NCBI GenBank assembly: GCA_054600435.1 | Contig: BAAIJX010000068.1 | Location: forward strand, 1-64,000 | Source of the DNA: Neophaeotheca triangularis | Taxonomy: Eukaryota | Reading direction: 5' to 3' | Length of the DNA stretch: 64,000 bases | Part shown: positions 22,605 to 35,721 of the stretch, in pieces | How the letters are laid out: every line of letters begins with the position of its first letter | Position numbering within the stretch: position 1 is the stretch's first letter | Program-made: the position numbers and the translations under genes | Notes under the pieces: model-generated | Database searches by the model: none | Told to the model about the DNA's origin: nothing | What the model saw: only the letters and a program-made list of their open reading frames with translations

Positions 22605-23901
22605 TCAGAGCAATGAGTCCAGTCGCGTAAAGACGCTCAAACACGCAGCAACGACCTGCAAACATACCATTGTCAGCAAATCCCATCCTCCATGCCACTT
22701 CTGCTGCATTCCGACAGACACAAGGATATTCTCCGCCCGGTAAGACTCCAGAGAAAAACTCACCTCAAGCTGCAACTCCCGATCTTTATTAGCATTAACC
22801 TCCTCCCGAACAACCTGATCCAAATTCGCCCCAATGGCCGCCGGCCCACCAGCCCTCTTCCCAAAAGGCCACTGCGAGTATTCGGCCAAGAGCTCATCGA
22901 CCTGCGCAAAAGCCCTTTCCCGCGCCTCATGACCCAAACTCGTGAGAGCATTCTCCAGCACATTCGCAGCGTAAGCGCCGCAAAGCATGGCAATGGTCCT
23001 TAGATAGCGGAACTCCATCTCTTGCGGTAAGAACTGCGAAGGCGGCAGGACAACTGTGCGGTTGGTGAGGACGTTGCGGACACGGCGGCGGATCTCGTCT
23101 TTGGCGCCCGAGTCGACGACTGGGTGGGTGGCCATGTCGAAGAGGAAGAAGTTGCGCTTTTCCGTTCGTAGGATGCCCTTGTCCACTAGGCCCTTGGCTA
23201 AGCGCTCGCGCACTTGTTTCAGTTGGTAGCCGATTTTCATCAGGTTCCATGTCTCGCCTGGTTCGATGTTAGCAAATTTTAACCCTTACGCCCTCAATCC
23301 CCTCAGCCCACTTTCTACAACCCTCGATTCAAGCTATTCCAGGGGTCATAAGTAAAGACCTACCACTCATCAAATCAATCCAACTAGCCACGCTCATCTT
23401 CTCAGAACTCTTCATCATCTTAAGCGCCTCGTCCAACAACACCTCCCCAGTCAAAGTATCATCCACAACCTCAATATTCCTCTCAGCTAGCGGAAACCTC
23501 CTCCTTCCCGAATCCCTCTCCATGCTCACCCTCCCCCTGAAAGCCAACTCCAGCACAATACACCCCCGCAGCGCATACGAGATATTATCGTTCCAGAAGC
23601 TGAGATAGCCCTGCTTGTCCTTCAAACCCATGAGCAAGATCTCTTCCATGAGCGTCAATTTGGGCTGTTTGCTACGCTCGGCCGATTCCGAAATGTCGCG
23701 CGGGTCGAAGGCGATTTTGTGCCCGTTGGCGCCCGACTCGTACTGCGTTTCCGGGGAGCGGAAATCATTTTCGTTGCGTTTGGGAGCGGGTGAGGAGACG
23801 CGAGAGGTTTCCGCGCCTGGGTTGCTGTTGTCGTTGGCTTCGTTTGTGTCGGCGGAGGCGCCGCCGGCACCGCGTCGGCGGGTGAGGCCTGAGGAGGCCA
23901 T
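22605..23901 (-). CDS. VPS74: Golgi phosphoprotein 3 / Vps74
   Basis: GLTRRR N-terminus, [37 protein letters not shown]; introns 23258-23363 and 22656-22763. Confidence 0.95.
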
Positions 23902-24508
23902 GATTATGGAGTTCCTTAACGGTGGGGAATGTTTTGGAGGTGATGTTGGAATTGGTTTGTTTTAGAGGTGCGTAGAGCTCATGTGTCGGTTGCGCTGGTG
24001 TGGGTTGGTGGTGAGCGCGCGGCTGGCGGAGAGAGCTGCCTTGGCCCTTGCTTGGAGGGTTTTGGTGCTAGGGACTTCGAGGTATACGCGCAGGAGACTT
24101 TGGTGGTTGCTACGCCTCCTTACACTCCAGTCATGCACAGCGTAATTGTTGGAGATCGACGAGGTAGAGTGAGGTGTTTGTTGACACTTGGATTTCTGAG
24201 ACAACTTCAGCACGAGGTACGACGTTGACAGCAAGCAAGCAAGCAAGCGGGATCGCCCTCAGCTTTCCCGACAGGCGGACATGTACGCATTGGCTTGTCA
24301 TTGGGTGAACGATAGGGACGACAGGATAGAAGAATAACTCGAGATAACCGCAACATGTTTGGTTTTGGAGAATAGTACAGTGTATTTAGAGCACCTGGTC
24401 GCCGGAGCCCGATATACACATTGGGCGCAATTGCTTTCCCCTATGAAGCCTCCAGATACCACCCTCACAACCCTCATCCTTCTCTCTCACACTCTCGAGA
24501 TGTCTAAC

Positions 24509-25208
24509 TTAGTGCGCTGGAGTCCTGTCAGTATTGCTCTTGAGGTGCCTATTAGCAGTGTTACATACCATCAGGCTGCTTCATGATGTAGTCCACCGCT
24601 TGGTCGACTTCGAGCATGTCAGCAATAGTTCCCTTCCACTATCCATACAGCCAGCCAATACTTACCGCTGTGAATGGCGTCGGCCTCCTTGTCCGGGATC
24701 TCGATGCTAAACTCCTGTTTCAAAACATCAGCATCCTCCAAACACATGTTTCTATCCGTATGTCCCTACCTCCTCAATCGCCATGACAACCTCAACAGTG
24801 TCCAAGCTGTCCAGACCGAGGTCATTTGTGAAGTGCGAGTTGGGCGAAAGCTGTATCAACACATCAGCACACTCCTCATCCTCCTGCTACCCAACATCAT
24901 CTATTCGTACCTTGGAAGCGTCTGTGACCTGTAATTAAAGTGGTTAGCCTTCAATCCCCCAAAGCTGGCTGTCCTTCCCATCATACCTTGTCAAAGTTCT
25001 TGAGCAAGTCCAAAATACGGCCCTGCACGGCATCCTGCTGCAGACCACTGCCGGAAGCGTAGCCCCTAGTAGCAGCGATGGAGAGAGTAGGCGTGGTTAT
25101 CCTTTGCGCGACGAAGGGGGCTGCTCTCCTGGCGACGGCGGGCTGGTATGATCGTGTGCTGGCTTGCGCGAGGCATCGTGCCGAGCGGGAGATGGCGGTG
25201 CGGAACAT
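24509..25208 (-). CDS. ACP1: Mitochondrial acyl carrier protein (6 exons)
   Basis: Presequence MFRTAISRS..., [20 protein letters not shown] phosphopantetheine motif, ends QPDAH*; five GT-AG introns including an 18-nt exon and an 8-nt exon. Confidence 0.93.
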
Positions 25209-27959
25209 TGTGGCGGATGGAGAAGAAGGTGTCCGTGTGTTGTAATAGGGTAGTAGAAGTCTGGCAATGTGGTGGTGGTTGTTTCGCTGGTCGGTGGTGA
25301 TGTAGATGGACTTGTCTCTCTTTCGCCTGCGACTGGCGAAGCTCGATGGTCCGAATCTGGAGCGGGAGGCCGGGAGCTTCCGTGCCAAGACATATGCTCA
25401 CTTCACTTCCTTCGTCGACTCCACCTCTTGTCTAAGGCACCTAGATGTCTTCCGTCCTACTACGAGACATTCGAGCATGTCCTCGAGCGCTATGTGGTAT
25501 ACTGCGTGTCATGCTTGACCACTTCTCTCTACACGCCGTCGCCGCGCTAAACAGTGGCTACTAAGGTACCACGCGCCAAAATTCAAATGACGACCTCGGA
25601 ACTCATGCTACTCCGATAGCAAGAGAAGATCCAGGAATATCTCCCGAACGACAAGTACCGCGACCACACGTACTCAGAAAAGGACTTTCCGCAACAATGC
25701 TCCACCTCCCGCACCCAAAGCCAACCATGCAGATTATTCCATCTTCACAGGCGATCCGACAACTCCATCAAGACGATCCGCTCTATCTGCATCTCCCCTA
25801 TACCATTACTACACAATTCGATAGGCATTGCGTTCTCTTTTTCACGCTGAATGTCAATTTGTCGTTGGTACTTGGCCGGGCCATCCTGTTTGAAATCTAC
25901 GTACGCACTCTGTAGATTTGCGTGATCGTCAAGGTCTGATGCCATTGAGAACACGTCGGATCTTGTTGGAACCTGCGAATCAAGCTTTCTATTCTATACT
26001 CAACTATGCCTTACGTTATTCCGTTTCCTCCTGTTTCTCTTTTGCTGACCTGTTCCTTCTTGGATTATTAGCAGAAACAGTATGTATCTATAAGCCTCTG
26101 TCCACTGACGGGCCTACAAGCAGGACAGAGACACCCAGAACATACTTAAACCACGCTATCGCCACCTCTAGTAACGCGATAAACCGACTGTAACATTTGC
26201 CACGGGAGTAGATTGAGGCATTACGCATGCTTTGGCCCTCGCCAACTCGGCATTTTGCTGTTGGAGAATGCACAACATGGCTGGCAATTAACTCTGGCAT
26301 ATGCTGTCGAAAATGAGGGGCTCCAAAACCTCTGACCGTACCAACACTTTCTCACGTGGCAGAAGGGACGGTCGGGGTAGCTTCCATTACACAACCTAAC
26401 GTCGACCTCATTCGTTGCCTAGTTGTCGGATTGGACGAACGATTTAAGCGTGCCCCGAGGTCCGGTTTCAACAGCAGCAGCTCCCGTAAGTAGGGGAAGT
26501 ATCGCGCCTAAGCCTTCCGCGCCCGGGGACCGTAGGCTTCGTTCTAGACCGGCTATCCGATATCTTCTCGGCCACCGTTGATTGGCAACTTCTGTAATTC
26601 AGGTTGCTCTTGGCCGCGACCGACTATGACGAAAGCCTTTGACTCCTTCTCATGGATCGTTGCGAAAGCGGAGAGGACCAAGTCCCTAATTCTCCCCTTT
26701 CGCGGATGCTTTGTCTGATGCTCGTCGTAGAAAATGCCTGTCAATTCATGTTGCTTTCAACTTGGCTAGAGCTTCGGTCACATGTCCGTTTACTCATCGA
26801 AGAAAGCATTGTGGGACCATCTAGAACGAGCCAACGGCGAAGTCTGCTAAGCAAACAAGACACAATCCCCGCCCAGCCAAGCCTTATGTGGCCTCGCCTC
26901 ACCGCAAACACGGCTCAGTATTAAGAAGCGCATAGTTCCGATTCCAGACTTCCAATGGCGAGCATTCACACCACTAGTCAGCAAAAGGTTGATCGACGTA
27001 CTTGATCCTACCGCCGGTCTAGGTGGTCTTTTCGGGGTGAAGACCTGAGCTTTCAGGTGTCAGGTGACTGGACAATCTGATTTAGAAGCTTCCGCGCTGG
27101 GGGATATGGTAGCTCATTCCACTCCGGCAAATCCTCATACTCTCGGCAAGGCCAGTGCGCTGAGCCCATCGTCCAAAGAAAGACATCAGCGGCGAGATTC
27201 GAGACAGCGTGAATCAAGCAGAGGAAGAGGAACTTCCCGCCCATCTTCGCGCGCCACGAAGCCTCTGCCATGGTTGTCGATTAAAATGCTTCGTAGACTG
27301 CTGGTGAAGCCTCACCCCACGAAGCTTACATCACTGCCATATCCCACCTACATCTACCACTAGCTTTCAAAGCCAACTGCCGGTTCAATACTATCATTAG
27401 ACTTGAGCCTGAGGAGCTCCTCCGCAGCCTCTGGTTTGTGAGAAATCAACGCGGAGGCCGAGGAGCGGGTCTCGCTGGTTGCGAAGGAATAATAAGTCTG
27501 GATACAAGTTAACTTTCGTCGAGCATTCTGGTATTGAGCCCGCTGAGACGAAAGGGAAGAAGTATATAGCATGAAGGAGAGATTTGGCGAAAAGGAATCC
27601 AGTCGCGCGGGATAGGCATCCCTTTGTTGGCAAAGCAAGCAGAGCTGGCGAAGTTGCTAGTTGCTAGTCGCTGCGCTTATCAAGGAGGGTCATAGCTCAG
27701 GCGCGGCGTGTGCAAATGAGGCACCATGGAAGGAAACCTCTTTAAACCGACAGCGGCGTCGAGGACATCACAGGCTGACGAGCGGGCGAGAAAACATAAT
27801 TCGAACGGGGCGATAACACGATTCGCTCGTTTTCCAAGTACATTTTGTTTATACGTCCCCTTCCTCATCGCCCCATCGACCCCTTCTGCCACAACGGCCA
27901 AGCCATTGTTCTCCACCTAGCTCCTTCCCCCACCCAATAAAACGTCCGACATCAGCAAT

Positions 27960-29138
27960 CTAGTAAAACGGCGGCAACCAAAACGGGTACCCGCCGTTCT
28001 TGAGCCTAAAAACGCTGAGCAAGAAACTGTACATGCCCAAAAGAACGGCGCCCCAGACGAAAACGGCGATTTGCTGAGAGCGCGGGTTTGTCATGCGAGG
28101 GACCTTGAGAGCCAGGCTAATAGTCGCGAAAGAGAGTACACCGTCTAGCAAGTAAGCAAGCATTAGTACCTAGCAACCCTCTTCTCGACAGGGAAAGAGG
28201 AACTTACACATTGCAGCCACAATCTGCGTCTCGAGGCCAAACTGGTTTTGAAAGCCTCCGGAGAAATAGCTGACCCCGCCCTTGCCGTCGGCGGCTACGT
28301 AGGGTACTTTGCGGATGTGGTTGAACATGTGGCCGGAAGTGAATAGCAGGACTGCGATCAGGGAGACTCCGGCCCAGAGGTTGCGGTTCTGGATGATGGG
28401 GAGCACGTAGGGGTAGGCGACGGTGCCAAAGGTGAAGAGACCAAGGACTGCGGTTGTCGTGATGATGATTTTAGTGTAGTTTATGGGTCGCACGATCTCT
28501 GGGTGGGGGATGTTGGGGAGTCGGCGGGAGAGGAAGGCGTGGACTGTTTCGGCGCGCTCGGAGCTTAGAGGGGAGGGGGCATTAGTTGGTAGTGGGAGAA
28601 GGGGGGTTGGAGATGTAGTATGGCTTACCCAGTTGCGAAGTCGAAGCGTTTGGGTCCGGGGTCGGATTGGGCATTGGGGCCCGTGGTGGGCGCAAAGACT
28701 AGGAGGACGGGAGCGGTTTGGAGTTGCATCTTGGGAAGCGTTAGTACGGGTTGTCGCGGTTCTTGAAATATCGATATCGTTTCATACGCTCTGGAACACG
28801 CTCTTGCCGTCCAAAAAGTCCAAAGTACCAAAGATGAGCCTGCCCTCGCTCTGCTTGTCCCCCTTGGACCAACTCCTCGCCAGAACATCCCATTCCGGTT
28901 GAAATTCATGGCAAAGCGCGCATCCGAATCGAGCGTCGAGGGCGGTGAGCAAGACTGCTACCGAGTAGTCTCTTGGGGTCTTGACGAGTTCGGCGTAGGA
29001 AGGGTCGTCGAGGGTTACGGCCTTGCCAGCGGAACGTTGCTTGTCGTTGTATGTGGTAAAGACGTCGCCGGAGGTCTTTTTGGCGGCGAGAGTGGTCAAT
29101 GGCAGCAAGGCCGCTGTTAGGAGGGAGAGGAGCTTCAT
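27960..29138 (-). CDS. Oligosaccharyltransferase subunit OST3/OST6 (MAGT1/TUSC3 family)
   Basis: Signal peptide, thioredoxin-like CALC, SGHMFNHIRKVPY, QFGLETQIVA, FRLKNGGYPF; multi-exon. Confidence 0.92.
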
Positions 29139-29441
29139 TGTTCGAATCCAACACTTCCAATGGACTGTGGAAGATGTTCAGAAAGACTCTTGAATCTTTC
29201 GACACGCTGGACGTCACAGCTTCAATCCATCTCGACGTCGACTTGGGTTACCTTATCTCAAGCTGTCCTCTTGGCAAACGTCGTCGGAGTTTCGGGCGGT
29301 CCCGCGCCGACTGTTGACATCCGACAACAACAACAACGCGACCTCATGTAACTTAGGAGATACCTTGTCCACATATTGATGTATTGATACCAACAACTCG
29401 ACAGCATATACCACACGCAGATACACGCACATTCGCCTACA

Positions 29442-31589
29442 ATGGCACCCATACCAAAGCCGCAGCCTACCTCAGCAGCGCTACTCGAGCACAGCCTCAG
29501 CACATCCGCAGCAGAATTAAAATACGAACGCAGCACCAACCAAGTCTCGCTCATCACCAAAGACGAAGACATTCGCAGACTGCGCTTCGACATCCATACC
29601 ATCGAGGACGACAATGACGAATTGCGCGATTTACTAGCACAAGAAGAAGACCGCTCCGATGCTTTCGAGAAGCTCGTCAATGAGAACCTGGCACGGGCTG
29701 AAGAGGCCGAGGCGCAATTGCAAGCTATTGAGAATGGGTTGAGGGGGAAAGAGCAGGAACTCACGACTCTACAAGCCGAGGCTGTCGCGCTGAAGCATAC
29801 GACTGCGGATGCAACGGCCGCGCTGACAGAGAAGCTGGCGCTGACGAGGGAGTTGTCGGTACTCAAGCCTGAGCTCGAGCATCTGAAAGCGCAGGCTGCG
29901 AGCACCGAGGCGCTGATGACGGAGAAGCTGGCGCTGCAGAGGCAGTTGAGTGAAGTTCAATGCGAGGTCGAGAACGCCAAGCGCGATACCAAGCGTGCCC
30001 TTGCGAAGAGACGAAATACCGGCGTGGAGATTGCGCAGGAGGAGCAAGTTGAGGAATTGAGGCGGCAGCTTGCAAAAGAAAGGCGGGCAAGGCAACGCGC
30101 TGAAGAGGCTGCCGAGTCTGTGCAAGGCGATGGTCAGATCGATGATGTGCGCAAGGAGCTCGCTCGCGAGAAGCGCGCCAGGCAGAAGGCAGAAGAGGAG
30201 CTGGAGGCTGCGCAGGAAAATACGCAGGTCGAGGATGTTCGCAAAGATCTGCTGAAGGAAAAGCGAGCGAAGCAGAAGCTCGAGGAATCTCTCGAGACAG
30301 CGCGGATGGAGTTGGAGAAGGAACGTAAAGCTGTCGCGAAGGCTGCAAAGAAGGCCGACAACGAAAGCGCATCCGATGACCAGACGGAAGCACTCCGACA
30401 AGAACTCGCAACCTCGAAGAAAGAAAGCACGAAAGCCGAAAAGGCCGCTCAAAAAGCCTTCGCTGAACACGAAGCGCAAAAGTCTGTCCTCGAGGACAAA
30501 CTCAACCAATTCCGCACCAAGCTCAAGTCAACGAAAGAAAAGCTTAAAGAGACCGAAGCCGAACTCTTCTCTGCACGTGAGACCGCAGAAGCGGCGGCCT
30601 CCAAGCCAAACAAAAACGCCAGCATGCCTCCTCCTTCCCTCCCAGCAGCCGCCCAACAACCCGCCAACAAAAAGCGCAAAGCACCCCAACTCGACCCCGA
30701 AAGCACCAACTTGGGTACACCAGGCGATGCACCAGCAGTCAAACGCGGCCGCAAAGCCGCAGCAGGTCTGGGTGACAAATCCACCTTCTCCATCACTCCC
30801 TTCCTTAACAAGACAGTCGACGTGACGGGCGATGACCACGACAACCACAACACCGACAACAACCCAGTCGCCAGCGACGATGAAGACGCCGACGTAAACG
30901 AAGCGGAGGCCTCCCCAGCCGCCAAAAAGGCCACGGCGAAACAGCCCCTAGCGCAACAACCCGCCAGCAACACCAACATCCAGAAACCAAAAAAGCCCGC
31001 CCAGCAGCGCAAACCAAAGACCAAACCCGCATTGGAGATGATCACCGAAGAGTCTCAATCTCAATCCCAGTCCCGATCCCAAGGGGACAAAGAAAACGCC
31101 ACCACCGCAACCAACGGCGGCCAAACCCTCAAGATCAAAACAAAACTCACCGACGGCGAAAGCCACGACAGCAGTGCCGCCACGGAAAAGTCAAACAACA
31201 AGAAGAAACCCCGCAAATCCCTCGTGGATTTCAAATCCTTCGCCAACGAGCCCGAGCCAGTCGAGCGCCACGCGCAAAAGACTAAGAAGCGCAAGCTCGG
31301 CGGTTTGGGGAAGACACTGTTTGATGAGGAAGAAGAGCCCGCTACGAGGGGTAAGGGGCCCCTTGGGGGTAAGGGGTTTGTTGGGTACGGAGCTGGGGTT
31401 GGGGGAAAGAAGGCTGGGGGAAGCTTGTTGGGCGGGAGAAGTTTGCTCGGTGTGAATGGTGTTGGTGGCGGTGGTGGCAGGAGTGGGGTGGGGGCTAGTG
31501 CTTTGTTGAGTGCCGGTGATGGAAGTGGGTTTCAGTTCTCGCCGCTTAAGCGGTCGAGAAAGGGGTTGGATGATACGCTTAGGGGGTGA
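29442..31589 (+). CDS. Long coiled-coil protein with low-complexity basic C-terminus (STFSITPFL and FSPLKR motifs), function unknown
   Basis: 715-aa ORF, heptad-rich E/K/A N-terminal half, NLS-like clusters. Confidence 0.8.
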   Translation: MAPIPKPQPTSAALLEHSLSTSAAELKYERSTNQVSLITKDEDIRRLRFDIHTIEDDNDELRDLLAQEEDRSDAFEKLVNENLARAEEAEAQLQAIENGLRGKEQELTTLQAEAVALKHTTADATAALTEKLALTRELSVLKPELEHLKAQAASTEALMTEKLALQRQLSEVQCEVENAKRDTKRALAKRRNTGVEIAQEEQVEELRRQLAKERRARQRAEEAAESVQGDGQIDDVRKELAREKRARQKAEEELEAAQENTQVEDVRKDLLKEKRAKQKLEESLETARMELEKERKAVAKAAKKADNESASDDQTEALRQELATSKKESTKAEKAAQKAFAEHEAQKSVLEDKLNQFRTKLKSTKEKLKETEAELFSARETAEAAASKPNKNASMPPPSLPAAAQQPANKKRKAPQLDPESTNLGTPGDAPAVKRGRKAAAGLGDKSTFSITPFLNKTVDVTGDDHDNHNTDNNPVASDDEDADVNEAEASPAAKKATAKQPLAQQPASNTNIQKPKKPAQQRKPKTKPALEMITEESQSQSQSRSQGDKENATTATNGGQTLKIKTKLTDGESHDSSAATEKSNNKKKPRKSLVDFKSFANEPEPVERHAQKTKKRKLGGLGKTLFDEEEEPATRGKGPLGGKGFVGYGAGVGGKKAGGSLLGGRSLLGVNGVGGGGGRSGVGASALLSAGDGSGFQFSPLKRSRKGLDDTLRG

Positions 31590-32778
31590 TCACGATAGGG
31601 GTGATGCGGTATAGGAATTGGGGTTGGGTATTGGGGATAGGGAGAGGTTGCTGGGGGATATGAGATTTTTTTCTGGTTTTGGCGTTGAAAGGTTGGAGGA
31701 GTGGGATGGGATACCCAGGGGCGCTATTCCCTTTCCTAGCCTTGTTGAGCTAGAGAAGATGCTTTCGTACTCCTCGTCCTCTTGTCCAAGTGAACGGTCG
31801 CTTATGCTCTTTAGTCGTGTAAGAGAGAATCGCCAACAGATTGTGACAGGTACTCCTAATGTGGTAGATAATGTGGTAGAGAGAGAGATAGAGAGAACAC
31901 AGGCCAAGTCGGCCTATTACTTCGTTTTCTTGTCCCTCTCCGACTTTTTGGCCGCCTCCTGATTTCTTTGCCTGGTGTGCAACGTGACTGAGCCAAGTGA
32001 GGCTCCGAGGTATGCGATGGTCGAAGATGATAACACTATCTATTTGAAAACTCTCCGCAGCTCTACAGGCATCTACAAGTACTAGGGCCTTGGGTAATTG
32101 AAAGCATTTGTACTACCTGGCCTTATCCCACCGATCTTGACTGTCACTACATACTACCCAGCCAGGTTGAAGTATACTGCATGGTATCTTGGAAAGGTCT
32201 TGCTTTCGGGGGGCATGCACCCCTCTCCTCCCGTTCCGTGTGTTCGGCAGAATTTCCAAGACTTCATGTTGCTTAACATGTATCATTGTGATGATGCCCC
32301 TCGGGCGCATTTCCACCACTCGCAGTAGATTCCTCCGAGGACTCCTGACCTCAGACACCTAGAAGTGTACCTAGGTATCTGCATAAAGCACAAAAGGGCA
32401 GAGATGATTCGACGCACCAGGTTGATTTAGACTTTGTATACGCGCCAAGTCGGCCTACGACCTTGCTCCTCCTTCCAACTTCTGTTCTTTTACTTGCCTT
32501 TTCGGGTAGTCCTGCTGCCATTAGGTTGCCTAGCATGGATGATGATCAGTCCAAGCAGTACCGATCCCTGACGTTGATGAGATGAGATTCCAAGGCATGT
32601 ATACCTGGTCGTTGGATCCAATGTTCGTGTTAGCGCAGCTCCAACTTCTCTAGTATAGACGTGCGAATATAAAGGTCGGGATTGCGTCTCTTTCATTATC
32701 TCATCTACATTGGTTCTCTGTCCCTTCTCGTACACAACCCGCTAGGAAATAGCCTTCTACAACCAAGTGATCGACACC

Positions 32779-33381
32779 ATGAAGACGATTCACCAATACG
32801 CCGCACTCGCAGCCCTCATAGGCCTCACACAAGCGCAAGACGACAATGCCGGCGACGAATCCATCACCTACGTCAATCCCTTCCAGTCCACAACAGTCAC
32901 CAACCGACTCGTCACAACGCTCGACCTCCCACCAACCTCCGAAGTCGTGCCCTCGTCCATCGCCTCCCTCGACCCAGTCTCCTACATCAGCTCCCAGCAA
33001 CAAACCGCAACCAACACCAACATAGGCGAAGTGACGACTCTCACCGCCACAACCCCCTACATCTCCTACTACAACCCCGTGCAAAGCACCTGGGTCACGA
33101 ATCCCGTGGTCACGACGTTCGACTTGCCGCCTCCGTCCGCGACCTCGGTGGCCTCCGTCGACGCGCCTCCCGATAGCGATCCGACTTGGCACATCCCCAT
33201 CAGGCCGTCGGGTTACAACGGCACCACCGTGGCGACGTCGGCACCGGCTCCCACTGGCACGGGTGCGGGCGCCGAGGACGCGGAACCGGCGCCTTTTGAC
33301 GGTGGAGTTGGCAAGGTTGGGGTCGCTGGGGGTGCTTTGGCTGCGGTCGTGGGGGTTGTTGCGGTGTTTGGGTTGTGGTGA
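32779..33381 (+). CDS. Ser/Thr-rich secreted, probably GPI-anchored cell-surface protein
   Basis: Signal peptide MKTIHQYAALAALIGLTQA, duplicated NPxQSTxVTN..VTT.DLPP motif, hydrophobic C-terminal GPI signal; TATA box at ~32668. Confidence 0.8.
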   Translation: MKTIHQYAALAALIGLTQAQDDNAGDESITYVNPFQSTTVTNRLVTTLDLPPTSEVVPSSIASLDPVSYISSQQQTATNTNIGEVTTLTATTPYISYYNPVQSTWVTNPVVTTFDLPPPSATSVASVDAPPDSDPTWHIPIRPSGYNGTTVATSAPAPTGTGAGAEDAEPAPFDGGVGKVGVAGGALAAVVGVVAVFGLW

Positions 33382-33861
33382 GGTGGTGGCTAGAGAGTGA
33401 GGGTTTTGGGGAGGGGACTGGGGTGGCTGTCATGGCTGGATGATGAAGTGGCAGACTCGTGTCTTCGTGATGTTTTTGCTTTGTATATAGTTGACGCACT
33501 GGACCAGGAAAGGGTTCATCTCATTTGCAAATGCTGCGTGTCGCGACCGGAAGAGCAGAGTCATGTCACACGTGTGTGCTACATAGGCTTAATTCGGCCG
33601 GTTCTGCGTTTCTGCCAACGGCTGTACAAGAGTTTCATTTTCATCGGTCGTAAGATGGAAACGGTGTTTGGTAAGGTTGCCGTAGGATTTCTTGAGGTCT
33701 GGTGATGATGATGATCTTGCGGGGTTGCGGCTCCTTCGTGTGCTTCGCCACGGTAATAATAATAAAGGAAGTACTTCCATACATGTATAGTGGGAGGAAG
33801 ATTACATATGACTCCAGATGGCTGCCCGATTCCTCATCACACCACCGTCCAAACCAAAAGC

Positions 33862-34503
33862 ATGGCGACACAATCTGAAAAAGCAGCCATGATGGATGCC
33901 GAGAAGCAACTCGACGACTTACAGCCTTCAGACGAGGACATATCCGACACCACTCCAAGTTTGACACAGCGCCTGCTCGACTCGACCGCACAATGGGCTC
34001 GAAATCACAAATGTCAGGACGAACAATAATGAAACGAGCCGATAACAGAAAGCGAGCATCCTTTGCTGACTCCAACAGTGCTTACAACAAGCATCTCGCT
34101 AGCAATCATGGGCATCGCAAGGTCAGCAACCGGCCCTCCACCCTCGACACACAGTACAGCCCCTACTGACCACCGTCACCCCACCAGCTTCACTCCCCTC
34201 AACAGCCCAATTTCAAAGCTCTACGCCGAATTGCTCTCCATGACCAACACGGAGCGGCTGATTTTCCTGACGTGCACACTCCCCTTCACCGTCACCATGT
34301 TCGTGCCCCGCTGGAGAGCCCAAGGCGTCTCTTTTTGCCAAACGGTCGTTTTCGGCTCTGGCTTGGGCCCGACACTGCTGTATTGGTACAAGGGGGATGC
34401 GAAGATGGCGGAAAGATATTTGGCCACGACGCTCGCCTATGTGCAGTTTGTAGCGTGTGTTTGGGCACCTGTAGTTGTTTTGTTGATGGCTTGGGGGTTG
34501 TAG
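33862..34503 (+). CDS. Small hypothetical membrane protein (2 exons)
   Basis: ATG 33862; intron 34013-34078 joins two ORFs in frame; hydrophobic C-terminal segments. Confidence 0.55.
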
Positions 34504-35721
34504 GGGCTGGTTGGGGAAGAAGGGGGTCGTTCGCTTTGTAAGGCACGGGACCGCTGGGACGGCTTGGTCGTACTCGCAGATTCTATGGTGGCGACTGGAA
34601 GAAGGAGCACCTAAGGGAGGTCGTCTCGTAGTATGGTATGCCTGCTACCGAATGTGGATTTTTGACCGGTGTTGGCTCACTCGGTCAGTCCTGCGTCTCG
34701 ACCAATGGCTATGCAGAAGTCTCTTCTCACCGGTCGAAGGATGCATTTTGGTTTGTTGTAGGAAAAGATGCGTCGTACGCAAACTCTGACCCTAGGCAGC
34801 CTCAATCTTCCGACCTCTCCACGATAGCGACTGTACGGCATCTTCGGCATCTTACTACGGTACATCTTTGTTCGACACATGATAATATGGGGTCCAAAAC
34901 CAAGTCATTAGTAAAATAGCATAAGGCAGTTCTCAAGCATTTTCTACCTAGGGAGGAGCATCGAACGTCTGAACCTGCGAGTTCAGTCTCTACGCAGGCC
35001 TTCTCGTCCTCAACGGAGGGTACCGCCTCGACTATGAAATGGTTGACACGAACCAACAAGGGTATCCTCTGTGCTCAAATGGATTACCCAAGCCTCAAGA
35101 TGGAGCTTACATCCCAGGATGATCCGTCTCTCGCAAACCATCCAAACTCATCTCGCTCCCTAAACAGCTGGATCATTAACAACCCCGGGTCCTAGTGCCC
35201 CCGCCTCCTAAGCCTTACCTTCGATCACGCGCGCTACTTTAAGTTGACGGTGCATAGGGCTCAGGGTTGGGGATTCGTTTCCGCAGTAGGTGTTGTAGGG
35301 AAAGAGGGGTACAGCGTGATTGAAATGCGATCGAATGACTGTCGGGCGACGCTAGGGTTCGTTCGTCGGAGGTTTCATTGCCCGAGAGTCTGCCAACCGT
35401 CTAAACATCTTAGTCTGTTTCCTCGGAGTTTGTTCTGTTCGCCACTCGTTCATTTTGGCTTGTCAGCTTGGCAGCCAGTACATAGCTCAAGACTGATGCA
35501 ATCTTCTTAACCTCCAGTCTACTAGCCACAAATGTCGCACAGATCGGAGACCGAGAGAAAGATTTTCTCATGGGCCACGTTCGACTTCCCTGTCATCACC
35601 GACAGGCTACGAGCATATAAATGTGAGAAGTCAGTCGTAGTAGAACCTCAACAGCAACTGACTCAAGATACTTCCAGGGATAACTACGATCGTAGCACTC
35701 GTGATTTTCGGTCTAGAGGAT

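Noticed and set aside
29769..31045. Long antisense ORFs (also at 37091-37951 and 51737-52591)
   Set aside because: Shadow ORFs opposite real genes, expected from codon bias
31590..32400. Possible small minus-strand gene
   Set aside because: Could not build a stop-free spliced model
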